NCBI GenBank assembly: GCA_031270395.1
Contig: JAISXU010000057.1
Coordinates: 18,363 to 82,362 of the forward strand
DNA from: Oscillospiraceae bacterium
GTDB lineage: Bacteria > Bacillota > Clostridia > Oscillospirales > Oscillospiraceae
Reading direction: 5' to 3'
Length of the DNA: 64,000 bases
The first letter of the stretch is position 1. Each line of letters opens with the position of its first letter. The notes under the pieces are model-generated. The model was not told the DNA's origin, did not search any database, and saw only the letters and a list, made by a program, of their open reading frames with translations. A program made the translations under genes and the position numbers. Shown piece after piece: positions 26,710 to 35,739 of this stretch.

Positions 26710-27780
26710 CTATTTCGTCAGCGTGTCAAATTCCTCCCGGGAGAGCTCGAAGCCGTAAAACAGACTGTAATACTCCTTGACCTCGTCATAGAGTTCAAAT
26801 TCCGCGTACTCCGGATAGAGGACGCTCGACAGCCACAGCATACCCAGATAGCGGTTTATGGACGGCGGAGAGCCCATCCAGTTGTAAGGGCCGGAGGGTG
26901 TCCGGTAAAATTTTCCGTCACTCACCGCGCGCAGCTTGCTCCATGTCGGGTCGCCCGCCACGTCGTCGTAGACGCTGTCCGGCGCGAAAATGATAATCTC
27001 CGGATCCCACACGCTTATCTGCTCGAGGTCAGTCTCATTTCCGCTCCCCTTGGACGACGGTTCGTCAACAACGGCGACGTTGTCGGTCAAGTAATCCAGC
27101 ACCTCGGAGTGGAACGACGTCCGCGCGAGCACGTTCAGTCCGGCGTCGCCGAGGCAGTAGAGCGCGGAGACCTTGCCGTCGCCCACGCGCGCCATGACGG
27201 CGTCCGTCTGCGCCAGAGCTCTCTCACAAAACGCCGCCAGCGCCTCCCCCTTTTCCTCGCGTCCAAGCAGCTCGCCCAGCGTGCGGAACGCCTGCGGCGC
27301 GCTCCGCAGGGCCGCGGTGACGTGTACGGCGGGTATGGCGGTCGCCTGCTCTATGCCGTCCATGTCCTCCACTATCGTGCCCTTGGGCTCACCCACGTCT
27401 ATTACGACGTCGGGATTTATCGAGGCTATCGTCTCGAGGTTCAGGTTATCGGAGCCGTAGAACTGCCCGATCACCGGCAGACCGGCCACCGCGTCCGGTA
27501 TATACTTCGCATATTCGTCCGAATACTCCGAGGCTATCGACACCAGCATATCGGGAGCTATGGCGAGCAGAAACATCTGCGCGAGCGCGCCGGAGGGCGC
27601 TATTCTCGTGATATTCGCGGGCAAATTGACCTCGCGTCCCGCCGAGTCCGTAAAGACCCGCGGTTCCGACGGCGCGGATTCCTCCGGCGCCGCCTTTTTT
27701 GCGCACGACGCGAGCGGCGTCAGCGCAGTCACAAGCGCCAGCAGCAGGGCGGCGCACCTTTTCATTTTCCTCAGCTTCAT
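26710..27780 (-). CDS. periplasmic-binding-protein-type substrate-binding lipoprotein (Fe-siderophore/corrinoid/heme class)
   Basis: Start is ATG 27780 (MKLRKMKRCAALLLALVTALTPLASCAKK, lipobox). Class III PBP-like segments (..NPDVVIDVGEP.., ..DPEIIIFAPD..). Confidence 0.8.
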   Translation of the reverse strand: MKLRKMKRCAALLLALVTALTPLASCAKKAAPEESAPSEPRVFTDSAGREVNLPANITRIAPSGALAQMFLLAIAPDMLVSIASEYSDEYAKYIPDAVAGLPVIGQFYGSDNLNLETIASINPDVVIDVGEPKGTIVEDMDGIEQATAIPAVHVTAALRSAPQAFRTLGELLGREEKGEALAAFCERALAQTDAVMARVGDGKVSALYCLGDAGLNVLARTSFHSEVLDYLTDNVAVVDEPSSKGSGNETDLEQISVWDPEIIIFAPDSVYDDVAGDPTWSKLRAVSDGKFYRTPSGPYNWMGSPPSINRYLGMLWLSSVLYPEYAEFELYDEVKEYYSLFYGFELSREEFDTLTK

Positions 27781-27817
27781 ATTTATGACCATTCCTTTCA
27801 AATCAGACGAGTACAAC

Positions 27818-28585
27818 TTATACTATTGGTTCGCAGCGCGGCAGACCGTTTTCGCCCCGGCGGATGAGCACTCTCACACCGTACAGCGAGGAGATCAACT
27901 CCTCCGAAATCACCGAGGCGGGCTCTCCGAACGCCGCCACGCGCCCGCCGTACAGCGCCAGCACACGATCCGCGAAGATAAAGGCGTGATCCGGATTGTG
28001 CGTGCTCTGGATGACCGTAAGGCCCCTGCGCACGAGGTCCTTCACGCATTTGAGCACGCGGAGCTGATTCCCGTAGTCGAGATTCGCCGTGGGTTCGTCC
28101 ATGATGATGACGTCCGCCTGCTGCGCCAGCGCGCGCGCTATCAGCGTAAGTTGACGTTCGCCCCCGCTTATGCGCATGTAGCCGCGCTCGGCCAGATGCG
28201 ATATGCCGACCCGCTCTATCGAATCGGCGGCGACGCGCGTCTGCTCGGCGCCGGGCGACGATATGCCCCCTACGCGCGCCGTGGTGCCCATGAGCACCAT
28301 GTCAAACACGGTGTAATTGAACGTGGGGGCGTGTGACTGCGGCACAAACGCCAGCTTTCGCGCCAATTCGCGGGGCGGTATTTTTTCCACCGGCGTCCCG
28401 TCCACGAGCACACCGCCGCCCGACGGCGCCAGCAAGCCCAGAATACAGCCGAACAGCGTGCTCTTTCCCACTCCGTTTGGCCCGAGCACACACAGCAGCT
28501 CTCCGCCGCCCGCCTCAAAGCTGACGTCGTCCAGAACGCGGCGGCGCCCGTACGAAAACGTGAGACCGCTGACGCTGACGTTCAT
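27818..28585 (-). CDS. ABC ATP-binding protein (FepC/BtuD-like)
   Basis: Track ORF 27818..29614 is a false fusion. The real start is ATG 28585 (MNVSVSGLTFSY..), which overlaps the permease stop (ATGA). GPNGVGKST, ISGGERQL, IIMDEPTANLD. 255 aa. Confidence 0.85.
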   Translation of the reverse strand: MNVSVSGLTFSYGRRRVLDDVSFEAGGGELLCVLGPNGVGKSTLFGCILGLLAPSGGGVLVDGTPVEKIPPRELARKLAFVPQSHAPTFNYTVFDMVLMGTTARVGGISSPGAEQTRVAADSIERVGISHLAERGYMRISGGERQLTLIARALAQQADVIIMDEPTANLDYGNQLRVLKCVKDLVRRGLTVIQSTHNPDHAFIFADRVLALYGGRVAAFGEPASVISEELISSLYGVRVLIRRGENGLPRCEPIV

Positions 28586-29694
28586 ATGGTGTCCCTCTTT
28601 CGCGTTATCAGCCAGATGAAGAACGGCGCGCCGACGACGGCCGTGAGTATCCCCAGCGGTATCTCCGTCAGCAGCAGATTCCGCGAGACGTTGTCTACGA
28701 TGAGCAGAAACAGCGCGCCCGTGAGCATACTCGCCGGCATGAGATGGCGGTAATTGCTGCCGACCAGTCTTCTGGCCAGATGCGGCACAACGAGCCCCAC
28801 CCAGCCGACGAGTCCCGACACCGATACGCTCGCCGCCGTCACAAGCGTGGCGCAGACGATAACGGCGGCGCGGACAAGACCGACGTTCACCCCCATCGTG
28901 CGCGCCTCGTCGTCGGACAGCGTGAGAATGTTGAGCCGCCAGCGCAGGAGTATGAGCGGCGCGAGTCCAATCGCCATCGGTACGACGGCGAACGAGAGAT
29001 TTTCCGGCCGCGCCTTCGCCAGCGAACCCATCAGCCAGTATGTGATCTCCGGGAGTATATTGTTCGGGTCGGCCACCAGCTTGATAAACGACGTGCCGGC
29101 GTTGCAAAGCGACGAGATCATGATTCCGGCGAGCACTATGCGCAGCAACTTGTTCCCGCGCGCGGTTCCCGAGACAAGCATGACGACGGCTATCGTCAGG
29201 AGACTGGCGCCAAACGCGAACAGCATCACCATGCGCGCGTCCAGCTCCAGCAGTATCGCCAGCGCCGCCCCCACGGCCGCCCCGGACGACGCGCCGAGTA
29301 TGTCGGGCGACGCCATCGGGTTCTGGAATACGCCCTGATACGAAGCTCCCGCCGCGGACAGACAGCAGCCCACAAGGCACGCCAGCAACACGCGGGGCAG
29401 ACGCACGTTGAAGAAGATCGCCAGCATCTGTTCGGTCAGCGCTCCTCCGCTCCCGGCCTGGGGAAGCCGAGTTCCGAACAGCCGGTTCAAAAGCCCGCCG
29501 GCCGCGTCGAGAAAACGCTCGCGCAGCGCCTGAAGTATCTGTCCCGGACTCATGGGGTATCGCCCGAGCGTGAGCGACAGCAGTATGCCTAATATGACAA
29601 GCGCGAACAGGCACACGACCGTCAGCGTGAAACGGCGCCGGGCGCCGCTTTCGCGCTCCCGCGCGCCCTCGCGTCCTCCGCGCCCGCCCGTCAT
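28582..29694 (-). CDS. FecCD-family permease
   Basis: Track ORF 28582..30084. I trimmed the start to ATG 29694, which overlaps the methyltransferase stop (ATGA). RLPRVLLACLVGCCLSAAGASYQGVFQNPMASPDILGASSGA is the FecCD signature region. 370 aa. Confidence 0.85.
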   Translation of the reverse strand: MTGGRGGREGARERESGARRRFTLTVVCLFALVILGILLSLTLGRYPMSPGQILQALRERFLDAAGGLLNRLFGTRLPQAGSGGALTEQMLAIFFNVRLPRVLLACLVGCCLSAAGASYQGVFQNPMASPDILGASSGAAVGAALAILLELDARMVMLFAFGASLLTIAVVMLVSGTARGNKLLRIVLAGIMISSLCNAGTSFIKLVADPNNILPEITYWLMGSLAKARPENLSFAVVPMAIGLAPLILLRWRLNILTLSDDEARTMGVNVGLVRAAVIVCATLVTAASVSVSGLVGWVGLVVPHLARRLVGSNYRHLMPASMLTGALFLLIVDNVSRNLLLTEIPLGILTAVVGAPFFIWLITRKRDTI

Positions 29695-30605
29695 CGCCTG
29701 TCGCGTTGCGTGACGTTCCACAGTATCGCCCCGTACCTGAACAGGCTGTGGCGCCTGATCTCGCCCGCTTTTTCGAGGTACCGCAGTACCAGTCCCGCGT
29801 CGCCGCCGCTCTCGTGACCGCAGCGCGAGGCGAGCTCCGAAGCCAGCGCCATCTCCGGCGCGGCGTCCTCGTCGCGCGTCTCGTCGTAATATGTAGTCTC
29901 GGGGTAGTAGCCCGACAGCCACAGGAGGTTTACGAGCGCGTAGAACCCACTGCCGTTCCACCGCGGCGTGAACCTCTCGCCGAATACGTCGCGCGATACG
30001 CGCTCCGCCAGATCGTCTTCCGCGTGTACGAAAGACGCGTTGTAGCACCAGCCGCGGCTCATGCGTATCAGCTTGTCCATGCATCCCTTAGCTGACGCCG
30101 CGGGGGTGATCGACGTGAAAACGAGGTCGAACGCGCCCGCGAGTCCCTCCGCGTCGATGTCTATGGCGGTGAAGTCGCACACGCGAAACGACACGTTCGC
30201 AACGCCGCGCCCGGCGGCGTATTTTTCGGCGTACCCGATAAACCGCGACGAGTAATCAAACCCCGTTGCGTGTCCCGCCGTCTCCGCAAACTCCGCCACG
30301 AATAGGCCCGGCCCGCAACCGACGTCTATCACCGAGTCGTTCGCTCCGAGCAGTCCGCGGTTTCTGAGGTAGAGCGCGGCGGCCTCGGCGCGGTCGCGCA
30401 TACCGGGTCTGCCGGCGCCGCGTTCAAGTCCGCCGATCCACTCGTCCGCGCGGCTGTCCCAGAGCTCCGGCGTGTGACACACCGGCCCCCTCCCGCGCGT
30501 CTCCCATAACCCGGTAAAATACGCCAGATCGGAACGCGCGTCAAAACCACCGGACGGCGGCGCGCGGTCCGCGTCAGCCGCTGTCCCGCCGTGTAAAACA
30601 GACAC
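29691..30605 (-). CDS. class I SAM-dependent methyltransferase
   Basis: Motif I VIDVGCGPGLF, then an acidic residue after beta-2 (GFD). 304 aa from the GTG start at 30605. First gene of the importer operon. Confidence 0.75.
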   Translation of the reverse strand: MSVLHGGTAADADRAPPSGGFDARSDLAYFTGLWETRGRGPVCHTPELWDSRADEWIGGLERGAGRPGMRDRAEAAALYLRNRGLLGANDSVIDVGCGPGLFVAEFAETAGHATGFDYSSRFIGYAEKYAAGRGVANVSFRVCDFTAIDIDAEGLAGAFDLVFTSITPAASAKGCMDKLIRMSRGWCYNASFVHAEDDLAERVSRDVFGERFTPRWNGSGFYALVNLLWLSGYYPETTYYDETRDEDAAPEMALASELASRCGHESGGDAGLVLRYLEKAGEIRRHSLFRYGAILWNVTQRDRR

Positions 30606-30830
30606 TATACAACCCTCTTATCAGGAAAAATTCATGCGTCCCGTCTCTCTTGTCTCTCACGACGGAGACCATGATAGCACAAAAAAACAAAAAGCGCAAG
30701 TATTGCGCGGACGGGTGAGGGATCAAAACGTGTCGGTGAACGTGTCGGCGAAATGAATAAGGTGAGTATTGCAACAGACGGATTTATGTGATAGATTTCA
30801 TATATTGTGGAATGATTGGGGGGTATCACG

Positions 30831-32870
30831 ATGGAAGCAGTCGGTATCAAGACAGACATCGAGCGGCTCGCGGAGCGGTACGCAAAGGTGTCGCGCATAG
30901 AGGAAACAGGGCCGCAGAAAGGGTATAACGGCCGCCGAATGGCAAAAAGAGGCGTGACATGGCGTATCGTACACGCGGCCGCGTGTGTCGTGGGTGTGCT
31001 GCCGCTCATATTAAAGCTGGCGGGCGTCGCCGTTGAGCCGTGGCTTGTGGCGGTGGGGCTGGGATTTATCGTACCCGGCGGGGGCCTTATGGCGGCCGGA
31101 GGGGCGCTGACGATGCCGCTGGGCGTCGGGCTGTGCTTTTGGCTGTGGAGAAAGCGCGGGATGCGCATACTCGATATTTACGGCTCCGTCGTGGGGGTAT
31201 TCGGGTTTTGGCTGCTCGGGGCGCCGGGCGGCCTGCTGACGCTGATTTCCGGAACGCCCGTCGATTTTCTGTTCGCGATCTCCCCGTATTGGTGGGGATA
31301 CATCCTGACCGTCGCGGCGGCGGTCGTCCTCTTCGGTGATTACGAACGGCGTGTGCGCAAGATGTATACACAGATGGAGCAGGCGCGGCGGCAGCGGATC
31401 GACGCGTTTGACGGGGCGGTGCGGGAGCTGGACGAAATAATGGAGCGGTATCACGACGACTCGCCGCGCGAGCTCAGCGAGGATCAACTGCGCGCGGAGC
31501 GATACCTATTGGAGGCGGCGGTGCGCGATTTCGGCGATTTCAGCAAATTCGACCACTTCAAGATACCCGTACTGACAGACAACCGCTATCAGTTCTCCGT
31601 CGTCGGGATGGCGCTTATGGTACTTCAGGCGAAGTATCTGCCGAATTTCCACGGCTATCTCAAACACGCGCGCGAGTTCTGCATAAACGCCGTCACCGAT
31701 CCGCGCACATGCGGGTACTGGGCGAAAACGTCTCTCATCGGGTACTGGAAGTGGGATCCCGACCCGATAAACCACGCCAATATCATGCTGTCCGGCTGGA
31801 TGCTGCCGATGATTGCGAGCTTCGGAGAGCAGTTCGGAGACCGCAAGTACGAGGAGGAGGGCGCGCTGAAATTCCAGCCGTTTGCCGGCAAACCGGAGCA
31901 GACGTACGACTACAGCGTCAAGGGCGTCGTGGAAGCGCTGTACAAGCAGCTCCACAGTAAGATGTACCCGTACATGTATATCCCGTGCGAGCCGCATGTC
32001 GCGTTTCCGACCTGCAACTCCTACGGGCTTCTCGGTATGTTGATCTACGACCGCGACCACGGCACACACTATATGGAGGATATCTGGGACGACTTGTACG
32101 ACAACCTCTCCTCGGAATTTGTCGAGATCGAGGGGTCGATAGCGCTGCGGAGACAGTACATATTCGGACTGCGCCATCTGCCGGCGTCCCAAATAGGCTA
32201 CGACCCGCTCGCTGACGTGCAGAACTACCTGCATTACGCCCCTATGTTCCCGGGACTGTGCAAACGCGCGTACGCTTTCATCCGCAAATATTCGCTGGAG
32301 CTGCGCGATGGCGTGGCGTATATCCGGGGCAAGAAGTGGGAGGAGGTCTTTGACATGGCGACGCTGTCGTTCAATCCGGCGCTCGTAATGTCACAGCTCG
32401 AGATGGTGGCGACGGAATACGGCGACACGGAGATGGCGGAGGGTCTGCTACGCGCGGAGGAGATATACCTCGAGCGCTCAAAGGATCCCAAAGTCCTCAA
32501 ATGGAAGAACGTCCCCGTCGTCGTCAGCGCGTTTCTGTCGTTCGCGCATCTGGCGAGGAAGGGCGATTGGACGGACATCATCCTGCGCGGGCCTGACGAG
32601 ACGGCAAAGACGGGCCCGATCCTCGCGGACTGCTCATTCCCGGAGGTGATGGTCGCTAGGGCGTCCAGCGGCGGAGACGACTTGGAGCTCGTGCTGTACA
32701 ACGGAGAGGAACCGGGCGAGTATACGATACGGCTCGGCAGACTTAAACCGGACGCGCTGTATACCGTCGAGGGAACGCGGCAGACGTTCCGCGCGGGGAG
32801 CGGGGGCGACGCGGAGCTCGCCGTCTACATCGACGGCCGTACGCCGGTGCATGTCACTCCGGCGGCGTGA
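30831..32870 (+). CDS. membrane-anchored protein with linalool dehydratase/isomerase (LDI)-like C-terminal domain
   Basis: Start is ATG 30831. The first ~190 residues contain several hydrophobic helices. The C-terminal domain carries HANIMLSGWMLPMIASFG and YIPCEPHVAFPTCNSYGLLGMLIYDRDHGTHY. I recall these as closely resembling [16 protein letters not shown] and [32 protein letters not shown] of Castellaniella defragrans Ldi. The match is from memory and needs an HMM check. Confidence 0.5.
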   Translation: MEAVGIKTDIERLAERYAKVSRIEETGPQKGYNGRRMAKRGVTWRIVHAAACVVGVLPLILKLAGVAVEPWLVAVGLGFIVPGGGLMAAGGALTMPLGVGLCFWLWRKRGMRILDIYGSVVGVFGFWLLGAPGGLLTLISGTPVDFLFAISPYWWGYILTVAAAVVLFGDYERRVRKMYTQMEQARRQRIDAFDGAVRELDEIMERYHDDSPRELSEDQLRAERYLLEAAVRDFGDFSKFDHFKIPVLTDNRYQFSVVGMALMVLQAKYLPNFHGYLKHAREFCINAVTDPRTCGYWAKTSLIGYWKWDPDPINHANIMLSGWMLPMIASFGEQFGDRKYEEEGALKFQPFAGKPEQTYDYSVKGVVEALYKQLHSKMYPYMYIPCEPHVAFPTCNSYGLLGMLIYDRDHGTHYMEDIWDDLYDNLSSEFVEIEGSIALRRQYIFGLRHLPASQIGYDPLADVQNYLHYAPMFPGLCKRAYAFIRKYSLELRDGVAYIRGKKWEEVFDMATLSFNPALVMSQLEMVATEYGDTEMAEGLLRAEEIYLERSKDPKVLKWKNVPVVVSAFLSFAHLARKGDWTDIILRGPDETAKTGPILADCSFPEVMVARASSGGDDLELVLYNGEEPGEYTIRLGRLKPDALYTVEGTRQTFRAGSGGDAELAVYIDGRTPVHVTPAA

Positions 32871-32938
32871 CTCACCGCCGCATATCGCATATGGGGTAAG
32901 CGCACAAAAACCCCGGACGGGAAACGCTTGAACAAACG

Positions 32939-33109
32939 ATGAAGGGCTTGGTCGTAATTATGTTGTGCTGTGTGGTCGCCGCGTGTCTCGTTGTGAAGAT
33001 CATGGTACGCCGGCGCGTTCTCGCCCGGTACCTCGGCTTTACGGTTCGGGATGAAGAGGAGCGGTATGGTTACTTTGAACACGGAGAGCTTGACGTTTAC
33101 AAAAGCTGA
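32939..33109 (+). CDS. possible small membrane protein (56 aa)
   Basis: An ORF below the track size cut-off: MKGLVVIMLCCVVAACLVVKIMVRRRVLARYLGFTVRDEEERYGYFEHGELDVYKS. It has one TM helix followed by a charged tail. The RBS is weak. It overlaps the 5' end of track ORF 33051..34151 in another frame. Confidence 0.2.
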   Translation: MKGLVVIMLCCVVAACLVVKIMVRRRVLARYLGFTVRDEEERYGYFEHGELDVYKS

Positions 33110-34151
33110 CGGAGTGTGCGCCCCGCCGCGTATGCGTGAGGCGCGCATACGGATTTTATGCACGTTTGTCCTTTCGGTTTTGGGCGAGCTCGTTTCACTC
33201 GCGGGGCCGCATGGGCGCCTGTACTGGATTATTGCGAGCGTCGTCACGGCGATTTTTCTCGCGCAGCTGTGGTCGGACTCGCGAAACGGCGACCTCACCT
33301 CCGTGTTTTTGCAGCTGCCCGCCGCTGCGGCGGCGCTCGTTTTGTATTGTTTGTGCTCCGCGCGCGCGCTCGCGCCTACGGCGGACGCGGGCGCCTCGGC
33401 CGCCGGCGGGGCGGGGCATTACGCGCACATGGTATATGTCACGACTGTTTTTCTGCTCATAGCGCGATATTTTACAAGGAGCGCGCAGCTCGCCGCGGCG
33501 GAAGCTATGGCAGGGTTGGATGCAGCGGCCGGGGAACCCGGAGAGTATTCGGCGGGCGGAGTCGTCACAGTACCGCGCGGCGGTATCGTTCCCGTTGACG
33601 GACGTCTGGTTTCGGGGGAGACGAGCGCGGACGAATCCATACTCACCGGCGATATAACGCGCGTGACAAAGCGCGCGGGCGATACGCTGTACTGCGGGGG
33701 CGTGAATTATGACCGCGCCGTCGAAATTGAGGCGCTATGCAGCCGTGAGGAGTGCGTATATCCGCGCTTGCTCGCGGCTGCGCGGCGCAGTCTTTCGGGA
33801 GAGCAGGGGGGCTTGAGACTGCGCGCGCAGCGCGTCGGGATATATCTCGTCCCGCTTGTTTTTTTGGCGGCTGCCGCGGTTGTTGCGATTACAGCGGTTT
33901 CGGGCGGGGACGTCCGCTCGGCGGCCATGCGCGCCATAAGCGCGGCGGTCGCCGTGTCGCCGTCCGCTCTCGCTATATTCTCCCCGATTGCGGATACGGT
34001 GGGGTTTGCGGCGCTCGCGGCGCTCGGCATACTCACGTCCGTCTACGCGGGAATGGCCGCGTCGGCGTGCGCGCTCGGGATTGCCGTCCACAACGGACAT
34101 TTTGAAAAAAGCTGCCGCGCGATCACGTTTGAAAAGCTGCTGAGCGTCTGA
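33051..34151 (+). CDS. degenerate, truncated P1B-type ATPase-like membrane protein (possible relic/pseudogene); start may be ATG 33132
   Basis: An actuator-like segment VPVDGRLVSGETSADESILTGD is present (canonical PVDG..G.S.VDES.LTGE). The TM segment reads AVAVSPSALAI where CPC(ALGLA) is expected. The ORF ends ..GILTS..RAITFEKLLSV* exactly where DKTGT would lie. No P or N domain follows. Confidence 0.5.
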   Translation: MKRSGMVTLNTESLTFTKADGVCAPPRMREARIRILCTFVLSVLGELVSLAGPHGRLYWIIASVVTAIFLAQLWSDSRNGDLTSVFLQLPAAAAALVLYCLCSARALAPTADAGASAAGGAGHYAHMVYVTTVFLLIARYFTRSAQLAAAEAMAGLDAAAGEPGEYSAGGVVTVPRGGIVPVDGRLVSGETSADESILTGDITRVTKRAGDTLYCGGVNYDRAVEIEALCSREECVYPRLLAAARRSLSGEQGGLRLRAQRVGIYLVPLVFLAAAAVVAITAVSGGDVRSAAMRAISAAVAVSPSALAIFSPIADTVGFAALAALGILTSVYAGMAASACALGIAVHNGHFEKSCRAITFEKLLSV

Positions 34152-34253
34152 TATGCTTCCGTGAGTCTTGTGTTGCGCGGGAATACGCTGTATAATTGGG
34201 GCGGTTTAAGAAGCTGTCGTACATCCGACAAAACATGGGAAGGGGACTGATTT

Positions 34254-35180
34254 ATGGTAAGGTTCAAGGGTAAGACCGCGTTTATCACGGGAGGCGCGAG
34301 CGGGCTCGGGCTGGCAATCGCTAAGCGGGCGGCAAAGGAGGGTATGAATGTGGCGCTCGCCGATTTACGCCAATCCGCGCTCGACGAGGCGCTGCCGTGG
34401 TTCGAGGAAAACGGCGCGAGAGCACTCGGCCTCTGCTTCAGCGTCACCGACCGCGACGCGTTTGAAAAGGCCGTCGACGAGACGGAGGCGAAATTCGGCA
34501 ATATCCATCTGCTGTGCAATAACGCGGGCATAGGCTGCGCTCACGGGCCGCTGTGGGAGATGTCGTACAAGGATACGGATATGGCTATCGACGTCAACCT
34601 GAAAAGTGTGCTCAACGGCATCAGCGCCGTAGTGCCGCGGATGCTCAGGCACGGCGAGGGCGGACACATTGTGAGCACCTCGTCAAAAAACGGACTGCTG
34701 CCGCCGCCGTCGCTGGGGCTTTACAATATCACAAAGGGCGCCGTTATCTCGCTTACGGAGACGCTGGCGGGAGAACTCCCGGACGGCTACGGCGCGAGTG
34801 TGTTCTGCCCCGGCCCGTTCAAGACAGACCTCGGCAGAACGTCGTTCGAGGTTCCGGCGCTGCTCAGCGGCCTGACGCCCACGGCTCCGCCGCCTCCCCC
34901 TCCGCCGCCCATGTTCGACGACGTGGATCCGGATCTTGATTTCGAGGCGATGAGGAACCGTGAGCTGCATCCCGACGAGGCGGGCAAACTCGTATTCCGC
35001 GGCATAAGGAGAAACGACCTCTATATCATAACGCATTCGGAGTATTACGAGGGCGTGAAGGCGCGCTGCGACGCCATGCTCCGCGCGTTTCCCAAGACGG
35101 CGCCGAACGACGCGTTCAAGCGCGCGATGTCGTTTATGGTATTCAACCCGGTATTCACGCGGCAGAGAGAGTACATGTAG
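34254..35180 (+). CDS. SDR-family oxidoreductase
   Basis: ITGGASGLGLA, NNAG, catalytic YNITK. 308 aa. Contains a run of eight prolines (TAPPPPPPPPMF). Confidence 0.8.
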   Translation: MVRFKGKTAFITGGASGLGLAIAKRAAKEGMNVALADLRQSALDEALPWFEENGARALGLCFSVTDRDAFEKAVDETEAKFGNIHLLCNNAGIGCAHGPLWEMSYKDTDMAIDVNLKSVLNGISAVVPRMLRHGEGGHIVSTSSKNGLLPPPSLGLYNITKGAVISLTETLAGELPDGYGASVFCPGPFKTDLGRTSFEVPALLSGLTPTAPPPPPPPPMFDDVDPDLDFEAMRNRELHPDEAGKLVFRGIRRNDLYIITHSEYYEGVKARCDAMLRAFPKTAPNDAFKRAMSFMVFNPVFTRQREYM

Positions 35181-35623
35181 TCGGATCAATTTCGCATACT
35201 TGGAGGAAGCCGGCGTAGAGGCGTCGGGACGCAGGGCAACACAAAACGCTCCCCCGTGGGGTACTTTGATTTGACCTTTAAATATAGCCAATCGACAGTA
35301 GCAGATGAACTACGCCCCCGCATTTTGGGGGGTGGGGATTCCAAAGGGGCGGGGAGGGGAAGCCCCGCCCCTTTAGCCGCCTTTTGGTGACTTTTCGGCG
35401 GGACGAAAAGTCACCCGCCGGAGGAGTGACCAGAAAGAATAAGCGCCAGACATGTAGGCAGCACAAGCGCCGCACGGAAACCCTACAGCGCAGTCCGTGA
35501 GGACGAAGACATGACCAGCAAGAATAAGCGCCATGCTTGTGGGCGGCGGGAAGAAAAAACAAACAAGAGAAACGAAAAACAAATACACAAGAAAAAAATT
35601 TTTGAATTTTTTGATTCCAGTTT

Positions 35624-35652
35624 TTGACTTATGCGAAGCCCTGTGGTATTAT
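35624..35652 (+). promoter_or_regulatory. sigma-A-type promoter upstream of the MerR gene
   Basis: TTGACT (35624-35629), 17 nt spacer, TATTAT (35647-35652). Confidence 0.4.
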
Positions 35653-35739
35653 GTGATTATTATCTATATAGTGCATAATCCATCACATAACGTCACGCTG
35701 CACGCAAGGCAGCCCTCGGGAAAGGAATTGAAAGACTCA

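Noticed and set aside
28586-29614. N-terminal 343 codons of track ORF 27818..29614 (apparent 598-aa fusion protein)
   Set aside because: This part is an out-of-frame read-through across the FecCD permease gene. The ABC ATPase begins at ATG 28585, which overlaps the permease stop.
29695-30084. N-terminal 130 codons of track ORF 28582..30084
   Set aside because: It is an Arg-rich extension overlapping the methyltransferase gene. The permease start is ATG 29694 with an ATGA overlap.
30606-30830. A second cobalamin riboswitch upstream of the methyltransferase-importer operon
   Set aside because: No B12 box (GCCACTG) or AGGGAA..GGTG..AA.TCC core appears on either strand. I found only a plausible promoter (TTGCGC-17-TATCAT) and a short leader.
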